Source: an uncultured Chloroflexia bacterium
Lineage (GTDB): Bacteria; Chloroflexota; Limnocylindria; QHBO01
Length of the DNA: 64,000 bases
Direction: 5' to 3'
Assembly: GCA_963699235.1 (NCBI GenBank)
Contig: OY969424.1
Span: 1,529,103 to 1,593,102 of the forward strand
The notes under the pieces are model-generated. The model worked only from the letters and a program-made list of their open reading frames with translations. It made no database searches and had not been told where the DNA came from. The position numbers and the translations under genes were made by a program. This document shows positions 9,408 to 19,177 of this stretch, in pieces. Positions within the stretch are counted from its first letter, which is position 1. Each line of letters begins with the position of its first letter.

Positions 9408-10632
9408 GCGTTTCCTCCGGCTCCGTTCAGCATCGCCGTCTTGCGCTCGGGGTTGTACAGGGGTAGGCGAGCCACGTGGGCGGCGACCTTCTGGTAATGA
9501 TGGTCCACCGTGAACTCCAGGAACACGCGATTCCCGATGGCCGACTGGTCGGGACGGACCCGGGCCAGCGCGATGTGGCGCTGGAGGACGGGCGAGTACA
9601 TGAAGCTCGTCGCGTAGCCGACCCGCTGGCTGTCGGCGTCGTAGACCATCCAGTCCTCGTGGACCGGGGCGTGGTCCTTGGGCGGGATCAGGCCGGCGGC
9701 GCCATAGACCCGGTCGTAGTCCTCCCAGTCGACGACGAGGCCGCACATCTTCCAGCGCGACGTCTTGTCCGCCAGCTCGCGCTCCAGGGCGCGACGACCG
9801 ATGAACGGGCGATCGTCGGCGGTCAGACCCTTGAACATCCAGGCCCAGCCGAGCTCCAGCGGGGTGGACCGGTGGGCGTCGTTGAAGGCGTAGCGGGTCG
9901 AGTCGAAGTCCTTGCCCAGGAGCAGGAGTCCTGCCTCGATGCGGAGCATGTAGAGGGCCGCCAGGCCATAGGGCAGGACGCCCTGGCCGACGGACTCGCC
10001 TCCCACAGGCCGTCCCACACCGCCAGCCCGTCGGGGCTGGCGCACCAGACCTCGTAGCCCAGGTCGCCGGTGTAGCCAGTCCGCGTCACCGTCACCGGCC
10101 GGCCGCCAATCTCGCCGGTGATGAGACCGAAAAACGGGAGCTCCGTCACGGCGGGAACGAGGCGGGCCAACAGGTCGTGTGAGCGCGGGCCCTGGATCGC
10201 GAGCGCGCCGATGTCGAGGCTGGCGTCCTCGACGGTGACATTGAGCCGACCGACCCGGTCGGCGAACCAGGCGAAGTTTGGCTCGGCTGATGTCAGCAGG
10301 TACTCGTCCGGGGCGAGGTGCTGGATGACCCCGTCCTCGAGGACGAAGCCTCGGTCGTCGAGCCAACAGGTGTAGTGGGCATGCCCCGGCGGGCAGGCTC
10401 GGATGTCACGGGCCAGCATCCCGGCCAGAAAGCGCTCCGCATTCGGGCCGGTGAATCGGTACTTGAAGAGGGGCGAGGTGTCGAAGATGCCGGCCGCGTT
10501 TCGGACGCTGAAGTACTCGAACTTGTCGGAGACCTGGTACCGGTTGGCGCTGAGGTGGCCCGCCCAGTGCTGCCACAGCCCGGTCTCGTTCAGGGCGCTC
10601 GTCCGCTCATGGAAGGGCGTGGTCCGGATCAT
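9404..10632 (-). pseudogene. aminomethyltransferase (GcvT) family protein, interrupted by a -1 frameshift near 9985-10000
   Basis: GcvT-like N-terminal half in ORF 9823..10632 (...GYEVWCASPDGLAVWDGLWEA). The C-terminal half continues in another frame in ORF 9404..10366 (GESVGQGVLPYGLAALYMLRIEAGLLLLGKDF...). The break is at a GC homopolymer; it could be a sequencing indel. Confidence 0.75.
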
Positions 10633-10703
10633 CGGCCGCCAACCCTATCAGGCGCGACAACCAACCTGTCGCACGCCAACGGCACGCTGCAGACGGTGCG
10701 GTA

Positions 10704-10725
10704 GATTAGAACAGGTGTGCTAATC
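10704..10725 (+). promoter_or_regulatory. near-perfect palindrome GATTAGAACAGGTGTGCTAATC (GAAC-N4-GTGC, LexA/Cheo-box-like) about 35 bp upstream of the helicase gene
   Basis: Inverted repeat TTAGAACA-GG-TGTGCTAA with one mismatch. Located in the divergent intergenic region. Confidence 0.35.
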
Positions 10726-10760
10726 TCCGCGCGCTTACCGCAGCCAACAGGGAGCCGTCC

Positions 10761-13055
10761 ATGCTCGCCAACCGACCGGCATCGACCGAGGAGGCCATCG
10801 AGGCACTACTCGCCGAGCCGTGGCTCGAGTCGCTGACCGCCGCGCACCGGATCATCGAGCCGCGCCCCCCGCGGCATGCCCCGTGGCCGGACGACCTCGA
10901 TCCCCGACTGGTGGCCGCGCTCCGCGGGAGAGGTGTCGAGGCGCTCTGGACCCACCAGGCCCAGGCCCTGACCACGGTTCGGGCAGGACGGAACGCTGTC
11001 GTGGTCACCCCCACCGCGTCGGGAAAGACCCTCTGCTACAACCTGCCGGTCCTCGACGCCATCGCCCGCGACGACACCGCGCGGGCCCTCTACCTCTTCC
11101 CCACCAAGGCGCTCGCGGCTGACCAGCTTGTCGAGCTGCGATCGCTCGCCGACGCCGCGGCGTTGGCCCTGAAGACGCACACCTACGACGGAGACACGCC
11201 GCCGAACGTCCGGTCCGTCGTTCGCGCCGCCGGGCAGGTCGTCATCACCAACCCGGACATGCTCCACGCGGCGATTCTTCCGCACCACACGAAGTGGTTC
11301 AAGCTGTTCGAGAACCTGCAGTTCGTCGTCATCGACGAGCTCCACACCTACCGCGGGGTCTTCGGCTCACACGTCGCCAACGTCCTGCGCCGGCTGCGGC
11401 GGATCTGCAACCACTACGGCTCGGACCCGATCTTCATCTGCGCCAGCGCCACGATCGCCAACCCGCGCGAGCTTGCCGAGCGCGTGCTGGAGGCACCAGT
11501 CGAGCTGATCGACGACAACGGCGCGCCGTCCGGCCGCCGCCACATCCTCGTCGTCAACCCGCCGGTCGCCAACGAGCAGCTCGGGATCCGTGGCTCGGCT
11601 CTCCTCACCGGGCAGCACCTGGCGGAGCGGCTCATCGGTGGCGGCGTGCAGACGATTGCGTTCGCGCGCTCGCGCACCGCGGTGGAGGTGCTCACCACCT
11701 ACCTGCGCGAAACGTTTGCCCCGCCCCCCGGTCATCCCCACACGATTCGCGGGTACCGCGGCGGCTACCTCCCGAACGAGCGGCACGCGATCGAGGAGGG
11801 ACTACGCGACGGCCGCGTGCGCGGCGTGGTTGCCACGAACGCCCTCGAGCTCGGGATCGACATCGGCGGCCTCGATGCCGCCATCAGCGTTGGCTATCCG
11901 GGGACCATCGCCAGCACCTGGCAGCAGATGGGTCGCGCCGGGCGCCGGAGCGGGACGAGCCTCTCGGCGCTCATTTGCTCGTCGGCCCCGATCGACCAGT
12001 TCCTCGCAGCCCATCCCGAGTACCTGTTCGATCAGTCTCCGGAGCACGGGCTCGTGAACCCGGACAACCTGCACGTGCTTCTCAACCACCTGCGAGCCTC
12101 TACCTTCGAGCTCCCGGTGCCCGCCACCGAGCGCTTCGGTATCGACGAGACGCCAACCATGCTCGAGGTCCTCGAGGAGGACGGCTGGATCCGGCGCGCG
12201 GACGACGACCGGTACTACTGGAGCCACGAGAACTTCCCGGCGAGCGACTTCAGCCTGCGGACCGGGGCGCCCGAGAACGTCGTGATCATCGACACCACCG
12301 GCGACCGGCACCGCGTCCTGGGCGAGATCGACCTGTTCGCCGCTCCCCTCTTCGTGCACGAGAAGGCGATCTACATCCACCAGGGCGTGCAGCACCATGT
12401 CGACCGCCTCGACTGGGAGGAGCGCAAGGCCTACGTCACCCAGACCGATGTCGACTACTACACCGATGCCGACCTCGGCATCACGCTCAAGGTGCTCGAG
12501 GTATTCGACGAGACCGATGCGCCGCCGGCCGGCCGGCGGCAGCGCGGCGAGGTGATGGTCGCCTGGAAGGTGACCATGTTCAAGAAGCTCAAGTACCACA
12601 CCCATGAGAACGTCGGCTGGGGCTCGATCAGCATCCCCGAGCAGGAGATGCACACCACCTCGACGTGGCTCGTGCCTCCGGCCGAGCTCGTCAACCGCTA
12701 TGACCGCGACACCCTCGACGGCGCGCTCATCGGCCTCGCCCGCGTGGCCCGGACCACCGGCGCGCTCCTGCTCATGTGCGACCCGCGCGACCTCGGGGTC
12801 CTAGCCCAGGTGCAGGCGCCGTTCACCGGCCGGCCGACGCTCTACCTGTACGACGCGGTACCCGGCGGAGTCGGGTTGAGCGAACGGCTCCACGACTTCT
12901 GGGACCAGTTGCTCGAGATGTGTCGGGACGCGGTCCGCGACTGTCCCTGTCTCGACGGCTGCCCCGGATGCGTAGGACCGCGCACCGAGGTCGGTCCGTG
13001 GGGCAAGGCGACCGTGCTCGAGCTGCTCATCGAGCTGGCCGCCCCGAGCGGATGA
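10761..13055 (+). CDS. DEAD/DEAH-box helicase with C-terminal DUF1998 4-Cys domain (MrfA/YprA-like)
   Basis: Walker A TPTASGKT, DEAH-like VIDELH, helicase C domain. C-terminal CPCLDGCPGC. Its stop overlaps the next start (ATGA). Confidence 0.85.
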   Translation: MLANRPASTEEAIEALLAEPWLESLTAAHRIIEPRPPRHAPWPDDLDPRLVAALRGRGVEALWTHQAQALTTVRAGRNAVVVTPTASGKTLCYNLPVLDAIARDDTARALYLFPTKALAADQLVELRSLADAAALALKTHTYDGDTPPNVRSVVRAAGQVVITNPDMLHAAILPHHTKWFKLFENLQFVVIDELHTYRGVFGSHVANVLRRLRRICNHYGSDPIFICASATIANPRELAERVLEAPVELIDDNGAPSGRRHILVVNPPVANEQLGIRGSALLTGQHLAERLIGGGVQTIAFARSRTAVEVLTTYLRETFAPPPGHPHTIRGYRGGYLPNERHAIEEGLRDGRVRGVVATNALELGIDIGGLDAAISVGYPGTIASTWQQMGRAGRRSGTSLSALICSSAPIDQFLAAHPEYLFDQSPEHGLVNPDNLHVLLNHLRASTFELPVPATERFGIDETPTMLEVLEEDGWIRRADDDRYYWSHENFPASDFSLRTGAPENVVIIDTTGDRHRVLGEIDLFAAPLFVHEKAIYIHQGVQHHVDRLDWEERKAYVTQTDVDYYTDADLGITLKVLEVFDETDAPPAGRRQRGEVMVAWKVTMFKKLKYHTHENVGWGSISIPEQEMHTTSTWLVPPAELVNRYDRDTLDGALIGLARVARTTGALLLMCDPRDLGVLAQVQAPFTGRPTLYLYDAVPGGVGLSERLHDFWDQLLEMCRDAVRDCPCLDGCPGCVGPRTEVGPWGKATVLELLIELAAPSG

Positions 13056-14287
13056 CCCTCGAGCAACGATTGGCCGCGGTCCGGACCATCCGGCGCGGCG
13101 AGCGGCCGCCTCCGGTCCGGCGCAACGATGACGTCGCCGCCCGGCTTGCGGCGTGGGGCGGGGCTCGGGTTCTGGAAGCCGAGGGTGGGCGGGTCGCGCT
13201 AATCGAGCGTCGCATTCCCCTGCCACCGAATGTGGCCGCGCGGCTGGCGGGTGGCGTCGAGACCCGCTACTTCGATACCGAGTCCACCGGCCTCTCGACC
13301 GGAGCGGGGACGGTCATCATCCTGGCCGCGGTCGGCCGCCTGGACGACGGCGCCATCGTCGTCCGGCAGGCCTTGCTGCCGGATTATCCCGACGAGCCCG
13401 CCCTCCTCCGGACGGTCATGGCCTGGCTCCGTGGAGCGGACCGGATCGTCACCTACAACGGTCGCGGGTTCGACATTCCGCTGCTGGCCGCCCGGATGAC
13501 GATCCACGGCCTCGGACGGGACCTCGCCGGCCTCCCGGAGCAGCACGATGACCTCCTGCCCGTGGCGCGGCGGCTCTGGCGCCGCATCCTGGGCGGCGCG
13601 CGCCTGGCAGACGTTGAGCGGGGCGTGCTCCAGGTCCGAAGACGGAGCGACTGCCCGTCCAGCGAGGTCCCCGAGCGCTGGTTCGCCTACCAGGCGGGCG
13701 CCTCGCCGGACCTGCTGGCGGCCGTCATCGACCACAACGCCCAGGACGTGGCATCCCTCGCCCTCATCGACGGGGAGCTCCGCCGGCTGCGCGAGGGCGG
13801 CTGGCGGGATGGCGGGCTGGTGGACCACCGCGGGCTTGCTCTCGAGCTGCTGCGGGACGGGTCTGCGGAGGACGCGCTCGAAGTGCTGGAAGGGGTGCTG
13901 GCCAGTGGGTTCGGGTCCGCGGCGGTTGGTGACGAGCCGATCCGGCTGCGTCGCCTCGCCTCTCGCCTGCTCATCGCCGGCGGCGACGCTTCCCGGGCGG
14001 AGCTCATGTGGCGCGACGCAGCTCGCAGCGGGACGGTGGAGGCGGCCCTCGCCTGGATCGAGGTGGCGCGGATCCGCGAACGGCATGCGGCGGACCTCGC
14101 CGGCGCGCTCGAGGCGACCCGTGCCGCGTCGCGGGTCCTCGACCTGGCCCTCGCCCTTGGCCGCGGCGGGAGCATCGACCGCATTGGCCGGGCGAGGCTG
14201 CTGGTGGAACGGCGCCGACGCCGGCTGACGAGCTGGGTGGCCGCCGCCGAGCGCCGCGCGGCTCGACAAGCAGCGGACGCGGCCTAG
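13052..14287 (+). CDS. RNase H-like 3'-5' exonuclease (MrfB/YprB-like) with C-terminal helical/TPR-like region
   Basis: YFDTESTGL (DxE) and YNGRGFDIPLL exonuclease motifs. Translationally coupled to the upstream helicase. Confidence 0.7.
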   Translation: MTLEQRLAAVRTIRRGERPPPVRRNDDVAARLAAWGGARVLEAEGGRVALIERRIPLPPNVAARLAGGVETRYFDTESTGLSTGAGTVIILAAVGRLDDGAIVVRQALLPDYPDEPALLRTVMAWLRGADRIVTYNGRGFDIPLLAARMTIHGLGRDLAGLPEQHDDLLPVARRLWRRILGGARLADVERGVLQVRRRSDCPSSEVPERWFAYQAGASPDLLAAVIDHNAQDVASLALIDGELRRLREGGWRDGGLVDHRGLALELLRDGSAEDALEVLEGVLASGFGSAAVGDEPIRLRRLASRLLIAGGDASRAELMWRDAARSGTVEAALAWIEVARIRERHAADLAGALEATRAASRVLDLALALGRGGSIDRIGRARLLVERRRRRLTSWVAAAERRAARQAADAA

Positions 14288-14673
14288 TCCGCCGGGCGGT
14301 CCTCGCTAACGGCGGTGCGAAGCTCGACGGCAGGCGCGCCGTCAGGGCCGACCAGCACCAGACGGTCGGCCTCGAGCGAGGCGCCGGTGACAGCCTGGAG
14401 CGCGGACAGGTAGGCGGACTCGAGCTCCATGAGCCCGTCGCAGTACATCATCGTGCTGGCCAACGGACCGATTTCCAATGTCCCGTCCACGACGGACCAG
14501 GTCCCCATGAACCGGTTGCAGCCGGAGCTGCCGGACAACCGGGCGGCCTCGAATTCGAGCGTGAACTCGGCATCGGCAGGCGGGGTGTTGGCCAGGTCCG
14601 GGCCGAAGCGCTCAGCCTGCCAGGCCGTGCCTGCCAGCGTGTCCGCGTCGAATGTGCCGTCCATCGGACTCAC
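14284..14673 (-). CDS. META/HslJ-like domain protein
   Basis: GCNRFMGTW...DGTLEIGPLASTMMYC pattern of the META domain. Confidence 0.6.
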   Translation of the reverse strand: MSPMDGTFDADTLAGTAWQAERFGPDLANTPPADAEFTLEFEAARLSGSSGCNRFMGTWSVVDGTLEIGPLASTMMYCDGLMELESAYLSALQAVTGASLEADRLVLVGPDGAPAVELRTAVSEDRPAD

Positions 14674-14676
14674 AGG

Positions 14677-15528
14677 CTAGCCGCTGGATCGGGTGGCGAG
14701 GTAGTGGGCGGTTCCCTCCGACGCGGCCCGCGCGGCGGCGGCCAGGCCGAGGCCACTCCCCCGCCCGGCGGTCAAGAGCGCGGCGAAGGCATCGCCGGCG
14801 CCGATCGTGCTTCGGTCCGTGACCGCGTGGGCGGGGATGTGCTCGATCGGCCGCTGCCCACTGTCGAGCCAGGCCCCGTCGGCGCCGGCCGTCGCCACCA
14901 GCTCCGGGCCGGGACCGATCCAGGCACGGAGGCGAGCCAGGGCCGACGGTCCTACCGATCCGCCGAGATCGTCGCTGCTGGCCAGCAGCAGATCGAGACC
15001 GCGCAGCGCCTCGGCCAGCGCGGGGTCCACGTCATGGAGAGTCGGGTGGGTCACCCAGCCATCCGCGTCCGCCGCCCGGAGCCAGCCCTGGAGTCCGGCG
15101 GCTCGAACCGAGGCGGTCAGCTGGGCCAGCGTCCCGGCAGGCACCTCACCGGCCACCGGCGCGAACAGGACGGCGCGTGCCGAATGGATGTGATCCGGGT
15201 CCGGGATCTTGAGGTCGTCGGTGCCACTTCGGAGTCGCAGGCGACGTCGGTCGTGCTCCCCGTGGTGCTCGAACACGATCGAGGTCGGCGCTTCCTGCCA
15301 GACGACCTCCGCCTGCCGCATGAGCCGCTCCACGGTCTCGCGGGCGACCAACTCCGGGCCTCCGACGACGTGGAGCGCCACCCGGTAGCCGGCGTCCAGC
15401 GCCGCCTCGGTGGCGTAGCGGGCCGCACCACCGCTGACCTCGACGCCTCCGATGACGTCGACCGTCAGCCCGCCCGCGATCAGGAGGTCGATGGGCGAGC
15501 CAGAATCGACCCGGATATCATCGGTCAC
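14677..15528 (-). CDS. PfkB-family carbohydrate/ribokinase-like kinase
   Basis: N-terminal LIAGGLTVDVIGG and C-terminal TIGAGDAFAALL (TxGAGD). GTG start at 15528 is the only plausible in-frame start. Confidence 0.8.
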   Translation of the reverse strand: MTDDIRVDSGSPIDLLIAGGLTVDVIGGVEVSGGAARYATEAALDAGYRVALHVVGGPELVARETVERLMRQAEVVWQEAPTSIVFEHHGEHDRRRLRLRSGTDDLKIPDPDHIHSARAVLFAPVAGEVPAGTLAQLTASVRAAGLQGWLRAADADGWVTHPTLHDVDPALAEALRGLDLLLASSDDLGGSVGPSALARLRAWIGPGPELVATAGADGAWLDSGQRPIEHIPAHAVTDRSTIGAGDAFAALLTAGRGSGLGLAAAARAASEGTAHYLATRSSG

Positions 15529-15530
15529 CC

Positions 15531-15851
15531 ATGACTCTCCACTTCTACGAGCTCCACGAGGGCCCAACCGATCTCCTGACGAACGCGCTGCTCGTCAGCG
15601 AGCGCGAGCACAGTGGGCCGGAGTTCGAGGCCATGGTCCGGACCGCGCGCAACGCGGTGCTCGAGACGTTCGAGGAGGACACCCTGGTCGAGGCGGTGGC
15701 GCGCGAGCTCGAGCGGTCGCATGGTTTCACCTATATCGGAGACGAGAAGCTCGCCGCCTCCATGTCCATCGGTCCGAGGGACGAGGACACCTTCCTGGTC
15801 GAGACCTCGGACGAGTTTCGCAGCATCGTGGTCGAACTCGATCCTTCCTGA
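15531..15851 (+). CDS. small acidic hypothetical protein (106 aa)
   Basis: ATG at 15531. GC3 about 88% in this frame, in a region not covered by any other gene. No recognisable family. Confidence 0.5.
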   Translation: MTLHFYELHEGPTDLLTNALLVSEREHSGPEFEAMVRTARNAVLETFEEDTLVEAVARELERSHGFTYIGDEKLAASMSIGPRDEDTFLVETSDEFRSIVVELDPS

Positions 15852-15875
15852 CGAGTCCCTCTGGCATCCGCGCGG

Positions 15876-16967
15876 TCAGCGGCCGACGTTGAACAGGACT
15901 TCGATCACATCCCCGTCGCGCACGACGTAGGCCTTGCCCTCGGAGCGGAGCAGGCCACGCTTGCGCGCCTCGGCCGTCGAGCCGCACTCCACCAGGTCTG
16001 ACCAGTCCACCACCTCCGCCCGGATGAAGCCCCGCGCCAGGTCGGAATGGATGGCCGCGGCCGCGTCGAGAGCGCTGGCGCCGATCGGGATCGTCCAGGC
16101 CCGGCACTCGTCGGGCCCGGCGGTGAGGAACGAGAAGAGGCCGAGCAGCGCATACGTCCGACCGATGACCCGGTCGCGCGAGGCCTCCGCGATCCCGAGG
16201 TCGTCGAGGAACGGCTTGGCGTCCGCCTCCGGCAGGGCCGCGATTTCCGCCTCGATCCGACCGGCCAGGGCAATGACGTCGCGGCTCGGGCTGCCATGCG
16301 CCGCCCGGCCCTCGGCCTCGAGCGCCTCCGCCCCGGGAAGCTGGCTCTCGTCGAGGTTGAGGACGACCAGCTGGGGCTTCTGCGAGAGGAAGCGGAACCC
16401 CCGCGCGATCAGCTCGTCGTCGTCGCTCCAGCTCAGCTTCCGGAGAGGCCTGCCCTCCTCGAGCACCGGCGCCAGCCTGTCGAGGAGCTCTTCCTCGCGG
16501 GCGTTCTGCTCCCGCTCCGCCGTGCTCCCGTGCCGGCCCGAGGTCCGCAGCTTCTCGAGCCGGCGGGTGACGACGTCGAGATCGGCGACCACATACTCGA
16601 GGTCGAGCTCATCCACGTCGCGCCACGGATCTGGCGGCCGCTCGTCGCTTGCACTGTCGAAGGCCCGGGCCACGTGGAGGAGGGCATCCGAGTTGCGGAT
16701 CCGCCCCAGGAGGTCGGGGTCCACCGTCCCGGCCCGCGTCGCCCCGGCCGGGATGGCGAGGTCAACGTAGGTGACGTCGGCGTAGACCGATTTCTTGGGC
16801 TTGAAGACCGCGGCCAGGGCATCCACCCGCGCATCGGGCACCGGGACGACGCCCACGTTGGGGGCCGCCCGGCCGGCGGCGTGGCTGCCCTCAGCCGGAT
16901 GGCCGCCGAGCGCGGTGAAGACGGCCGTCTTGCCGGACCCCGGCAGGCCGACGATCGCGACCTGCAT
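15876..16967 (-). CDS. ychF: redox-regulated ribosome-binding ATPase YchF
   Basis: MQVAIVGLPGSGKT Walker A, Obg-type G domain, C-terminal TGS (AYVVRDGDVIEVLFN). Confidence 0.9.
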   Translation of the reverse strand: MQVAIVGLPGSGKTAVFTALGGHPAEGSHAAGRAAPNVGVVPVPDARVDALAAVFKPKKSVYADVTYVDLAIPAGATRAGTVDPDLLGRIRNSDALLHVARAFDSASDERPPDPWRDVDELDLEYVVADLDVVTRRLEKLRTSGRHGSTAEREQNAREEELLDRLAPVLEEGRPLRKLSWSDDDELIARGFRFLSQKPQLVVLNLDESQLPGAEALEAEGRAAHGSPSRDVIALAGRIEAEIAALPEADAKPFLDDLGIAEASRDRVIGRTYALLGLFSFLTAGPDECRAWTIPIGASALDAAAAIHSDLARGFIRAEVVDWSDLVECGSTAEARKRGLLRSEGKAYVVRDGDVIEVLFNVGR

Positions 16968-16985
16968 CGGTCAGCGCTCCATCGG

Positions 16986-17918
16986 TCAGTAGCCAGCCTC
17001 GAGGTCAACGAGGTTCTCGAGCGGCTCACCGGCCAGGTGGCGCTCGAGGTTGGCGACGAACAGGTCGATGCTCCGCTCGACGACCCGGTCGCTCGACCAC
17101 GAGGTGTGCGGGGTGAGGACGAGGTTCGGGGTGTCGTACAGCGGTGACTCGGCGGGGAGGGGCTCCTCGTCGAACACGTCGAGCACGGCGCCGCCGATCC
17201 AGCCCGCCGACAGCGCCCGGCGAAGGGCGAGCTCGTCCACGAGACGGCCGCGGGCGATGTTGATGAGCCACGCGTGGCCGGGCATCTCCTGCAGCTCGGT
17301 GGCGCCCACCAGGCCGGCGGTCTCATCGGTCAGGGGGGCGGCGATGACCACCACGTCCGACCCACGAAGCAGGTCGTGGAGGCGGTCCACGCCCCAGACC
17401 TCGACGTTCGGATGGTCGCCGGCCCCCAGCTCGGGATGGCGGCGGGTGGCGATGATCCGGGTCCCGAACGGCGCGAGCAGGCGGGCGACCTCGGCCCCGA
17501 TGCTGCCGTACCCCACGATCCCGACCGTCAGCCCGCCCAGCTCCTGACCGCGGAGGGGCTGCCAGGTCCGGTCCCGCTGGAGGTCGAGCAGCTGGGGCAG
17601 CCGGCGGGCAGTGGCCAGGCACATCAGGACGACGTACTCCGCGATCGGCCGCGAGAACACCCCGCGGGCGTTCGTGACCTGCAGCGCGCGCTGGCGCGAG
17701 AGCGGGGTCACGACCTTGTCCACGCCGGCCGAGATGGAGTGGATCCAGCGCAGGGCCGGCGCACGACCGATGAGGTGGTCGAGCACGGACGAGGCGATCT
17801 GCCCCCGGAGGAGGACCTCCGCCTCGGCGATGGCCGCCTCGTCATCGCCGTGGGCCAGCCCGTCGCGGGAGATGGGGATCACCCGCGCGCCGGGCACGGC
17901 CTCGATCCGCGCCACCAT
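16986..17918 (-). CDS. D-isomer-specific 2-hydroxyacid dehydrogenase (NAD-binding)
   Basis: GIVGYGSIGAEVARLL Rossmann motif; catalytic R, E and H in the C-terminus. Homology probably extends about 16 codons further upstream (VRILTTPIFG), but no ATG/GTG/TTG is in frame there, so the start is uncertain. Confidence 0.75.
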   Translation of the reverse strand: MVARIEAVPGARVIPISRDGLAHGDDEAAIAEAEVLLRGQIASSVLDHLIGRAPALRWIHSISAGVDKVVTPLSRQRALQVTNARGVFSRPIAEYVVLMCLATARRLPQLLDLQRDRTWQPLRGQELGGLTVGIVGYGSIGAEVARLLAPFGTRIIATRRHPELGAGDHPNVEVWGVDRLHDLLRGSDVVVIAAPLTDETAGLVGATELQEMPGHAWLINIARGRLVDELALRRALSAGWIGGAVLDVFDEEPLPAESPLYDTPNLVLTPHTSWSSDRVVERSIDLFVANLERHLAGEPLENLVDLEAGY

Positions 17919-17980
17919 GTCCGGAGTCAGCGGCGCGCCGAAGATCGGGGTGGTGAGGATCCTGACCTCGCGGCCGGCGG

Positions 17981-19168
17981 TCAGGGGCCGGCCTCCTCGG
18001 CCGGGGCGCCGGCGCGGAGTTCCAGGTCGTCGGCCCGAGCCAGCCAGGCGTCCGGATCCCGGATCTCGGCCATGGTCGGCAGCCACTCCGGGCCGCGCCA
18101 GACACGGGCGAGGCCGGCCGTGCCGGCGCCGGCAACGACAGAAGACACGAAGCGCTCGCCCTCGGCGTACTGCTCCATCTTCAGGTCCAGGCCGGTCACC
18201 CGCAGGATGAGCTGCTCGAGCGGCCCGCGGCGACGATGACGGCCCTCGAAGCGCTCGTGGAGCTCGTCGAACCCGGGGAGGATTCGGGCCCCGACCTGGT
18301 GCATGACGTGGTTCGAGGCACCCTCCAGAAGCGACATCAGCGCCTGCGTCCTCGCGAAGGCCTCCCGCTGGGCGGGAGACATGAGCCGCTCCATCCAGTG
18401 GCCCGACGAGCTTCCGGCCTGGCTGAGGCGGGTCCACATCCCGCCGGCGTCGGCCGCCAGCTGGTGGATGGTGTCCTCGACCAGTGCGGCGAAATGGGCC
18501 CGCAGCCAGGGATGGGCCTCGAACTCGTAGGCGTGGGTTACCTCGTGGATGGTGATGAAGGTCCGGAACGTGGACAGGTCCACGGCGAGGTTATTCGCCG
18601 TGGCCCGGATGTTGGCCTCCACGAAGTAGAGCCGGCCGCGGGTCGGGGCGGCCGAGGCCAGCAGGCTGATGTCGTACTGGCCCAGGACCTTGTTCGACAG
18701 AAAGGCGAGCAGCCAGCCGAGCTGGTGGTTGCCGATACTCCGGTTCACGATCCGGGCCAGGGCCGGGCCTGTCCCCCGCGGCGCCGGGCGGGAGCCGGCC
18801 AGCTCCGCCTCCAGGCGGCCGATGAGCTGGCGGAAGGTCCCGAGGTTGAGGTCGATCCACTGCATTCGATCGATCACCGCCGGCGGCTCGAAGGGTGTCG
18901 CCAGCGAGGCGCCGATCTCCTCGGCCACGAGTGGCGCGACGCGTTCGGCCTCGGCGAGATAGAAGGCTTCGACCCGCCCCTTCTCAGCCGCCGCCAGGCT
19001 GCCGCGTCGGCTACCGACCCGGCGACGGGCGATGGACCGGATGGTGACCCAGTCGAGGAGGTGGGTGCCGGCCCGGCGTTCGAGGCGCCGACCAGCGACC
19101 GCCACGGTCGCGGTCAGCACCGTGCCGATGACGATCCCGGCGGTCAGACGGGCCGTGGCGGGACTCAC
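17981..19168 (-). CDS. zinc-dependent metalloprotease (DUF2342-like, HExxH)
   Basis: TIHEVTHAYEF zinc-binding motif, about 395 aa. Family assignment is from memory of this actinobacterial family. Confidence 0.7.
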   Translation of the reverse strand: MSPATARLTAGIVIGTVLTATVAVAGRRLERRAGTHLLDWVTIRSIARRRVGSRRGSLAAAEKGRVEAFYLAEAERVAPLVAEEIGASLATPFEPPAVIDRMQWIDLNLGTFRQLIGRLEAELAGSRPAPRGTGPALARIVNRSIGNHQLGWLLAFLSNKVLGQYDISLLASAAPTRGRLYFVEANIRATANNLAVDLSTFRTFITIHEVTHAYEFEAHPWLRAHFAALVEDTIHQLAADAGGMWTRLSQAGSSSGHWMERLMSPAQREAFARTQALMSLLEGASNHVMHQVGARILPGFDELHERFEGRHRRRGPLEQLILRVTGLDLKMEQYAEGERFVSSVVAGAGTAGLARVWRGPEWLPTMAEIRDPDAWLARADDLELRAGAPAEEAGP

Positions 19169-19177
19169 CGGGGCAGT

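Noticed and set aside
11294-12607. 437-aa alternative-frame ORF inside the mrfA-like helicase gene
   Set aside because: Arg/Pro-rich read-through of an off-frame; the helicase frame has clear motifs.
16986-18437. 483-aa long form of the dehydrogenase ORF
   Set aside because: The N-terminal 160 aa are an out-of-frame overlap with the metalloprotease gene (P/R/G-rich). Homology starts near 17966.
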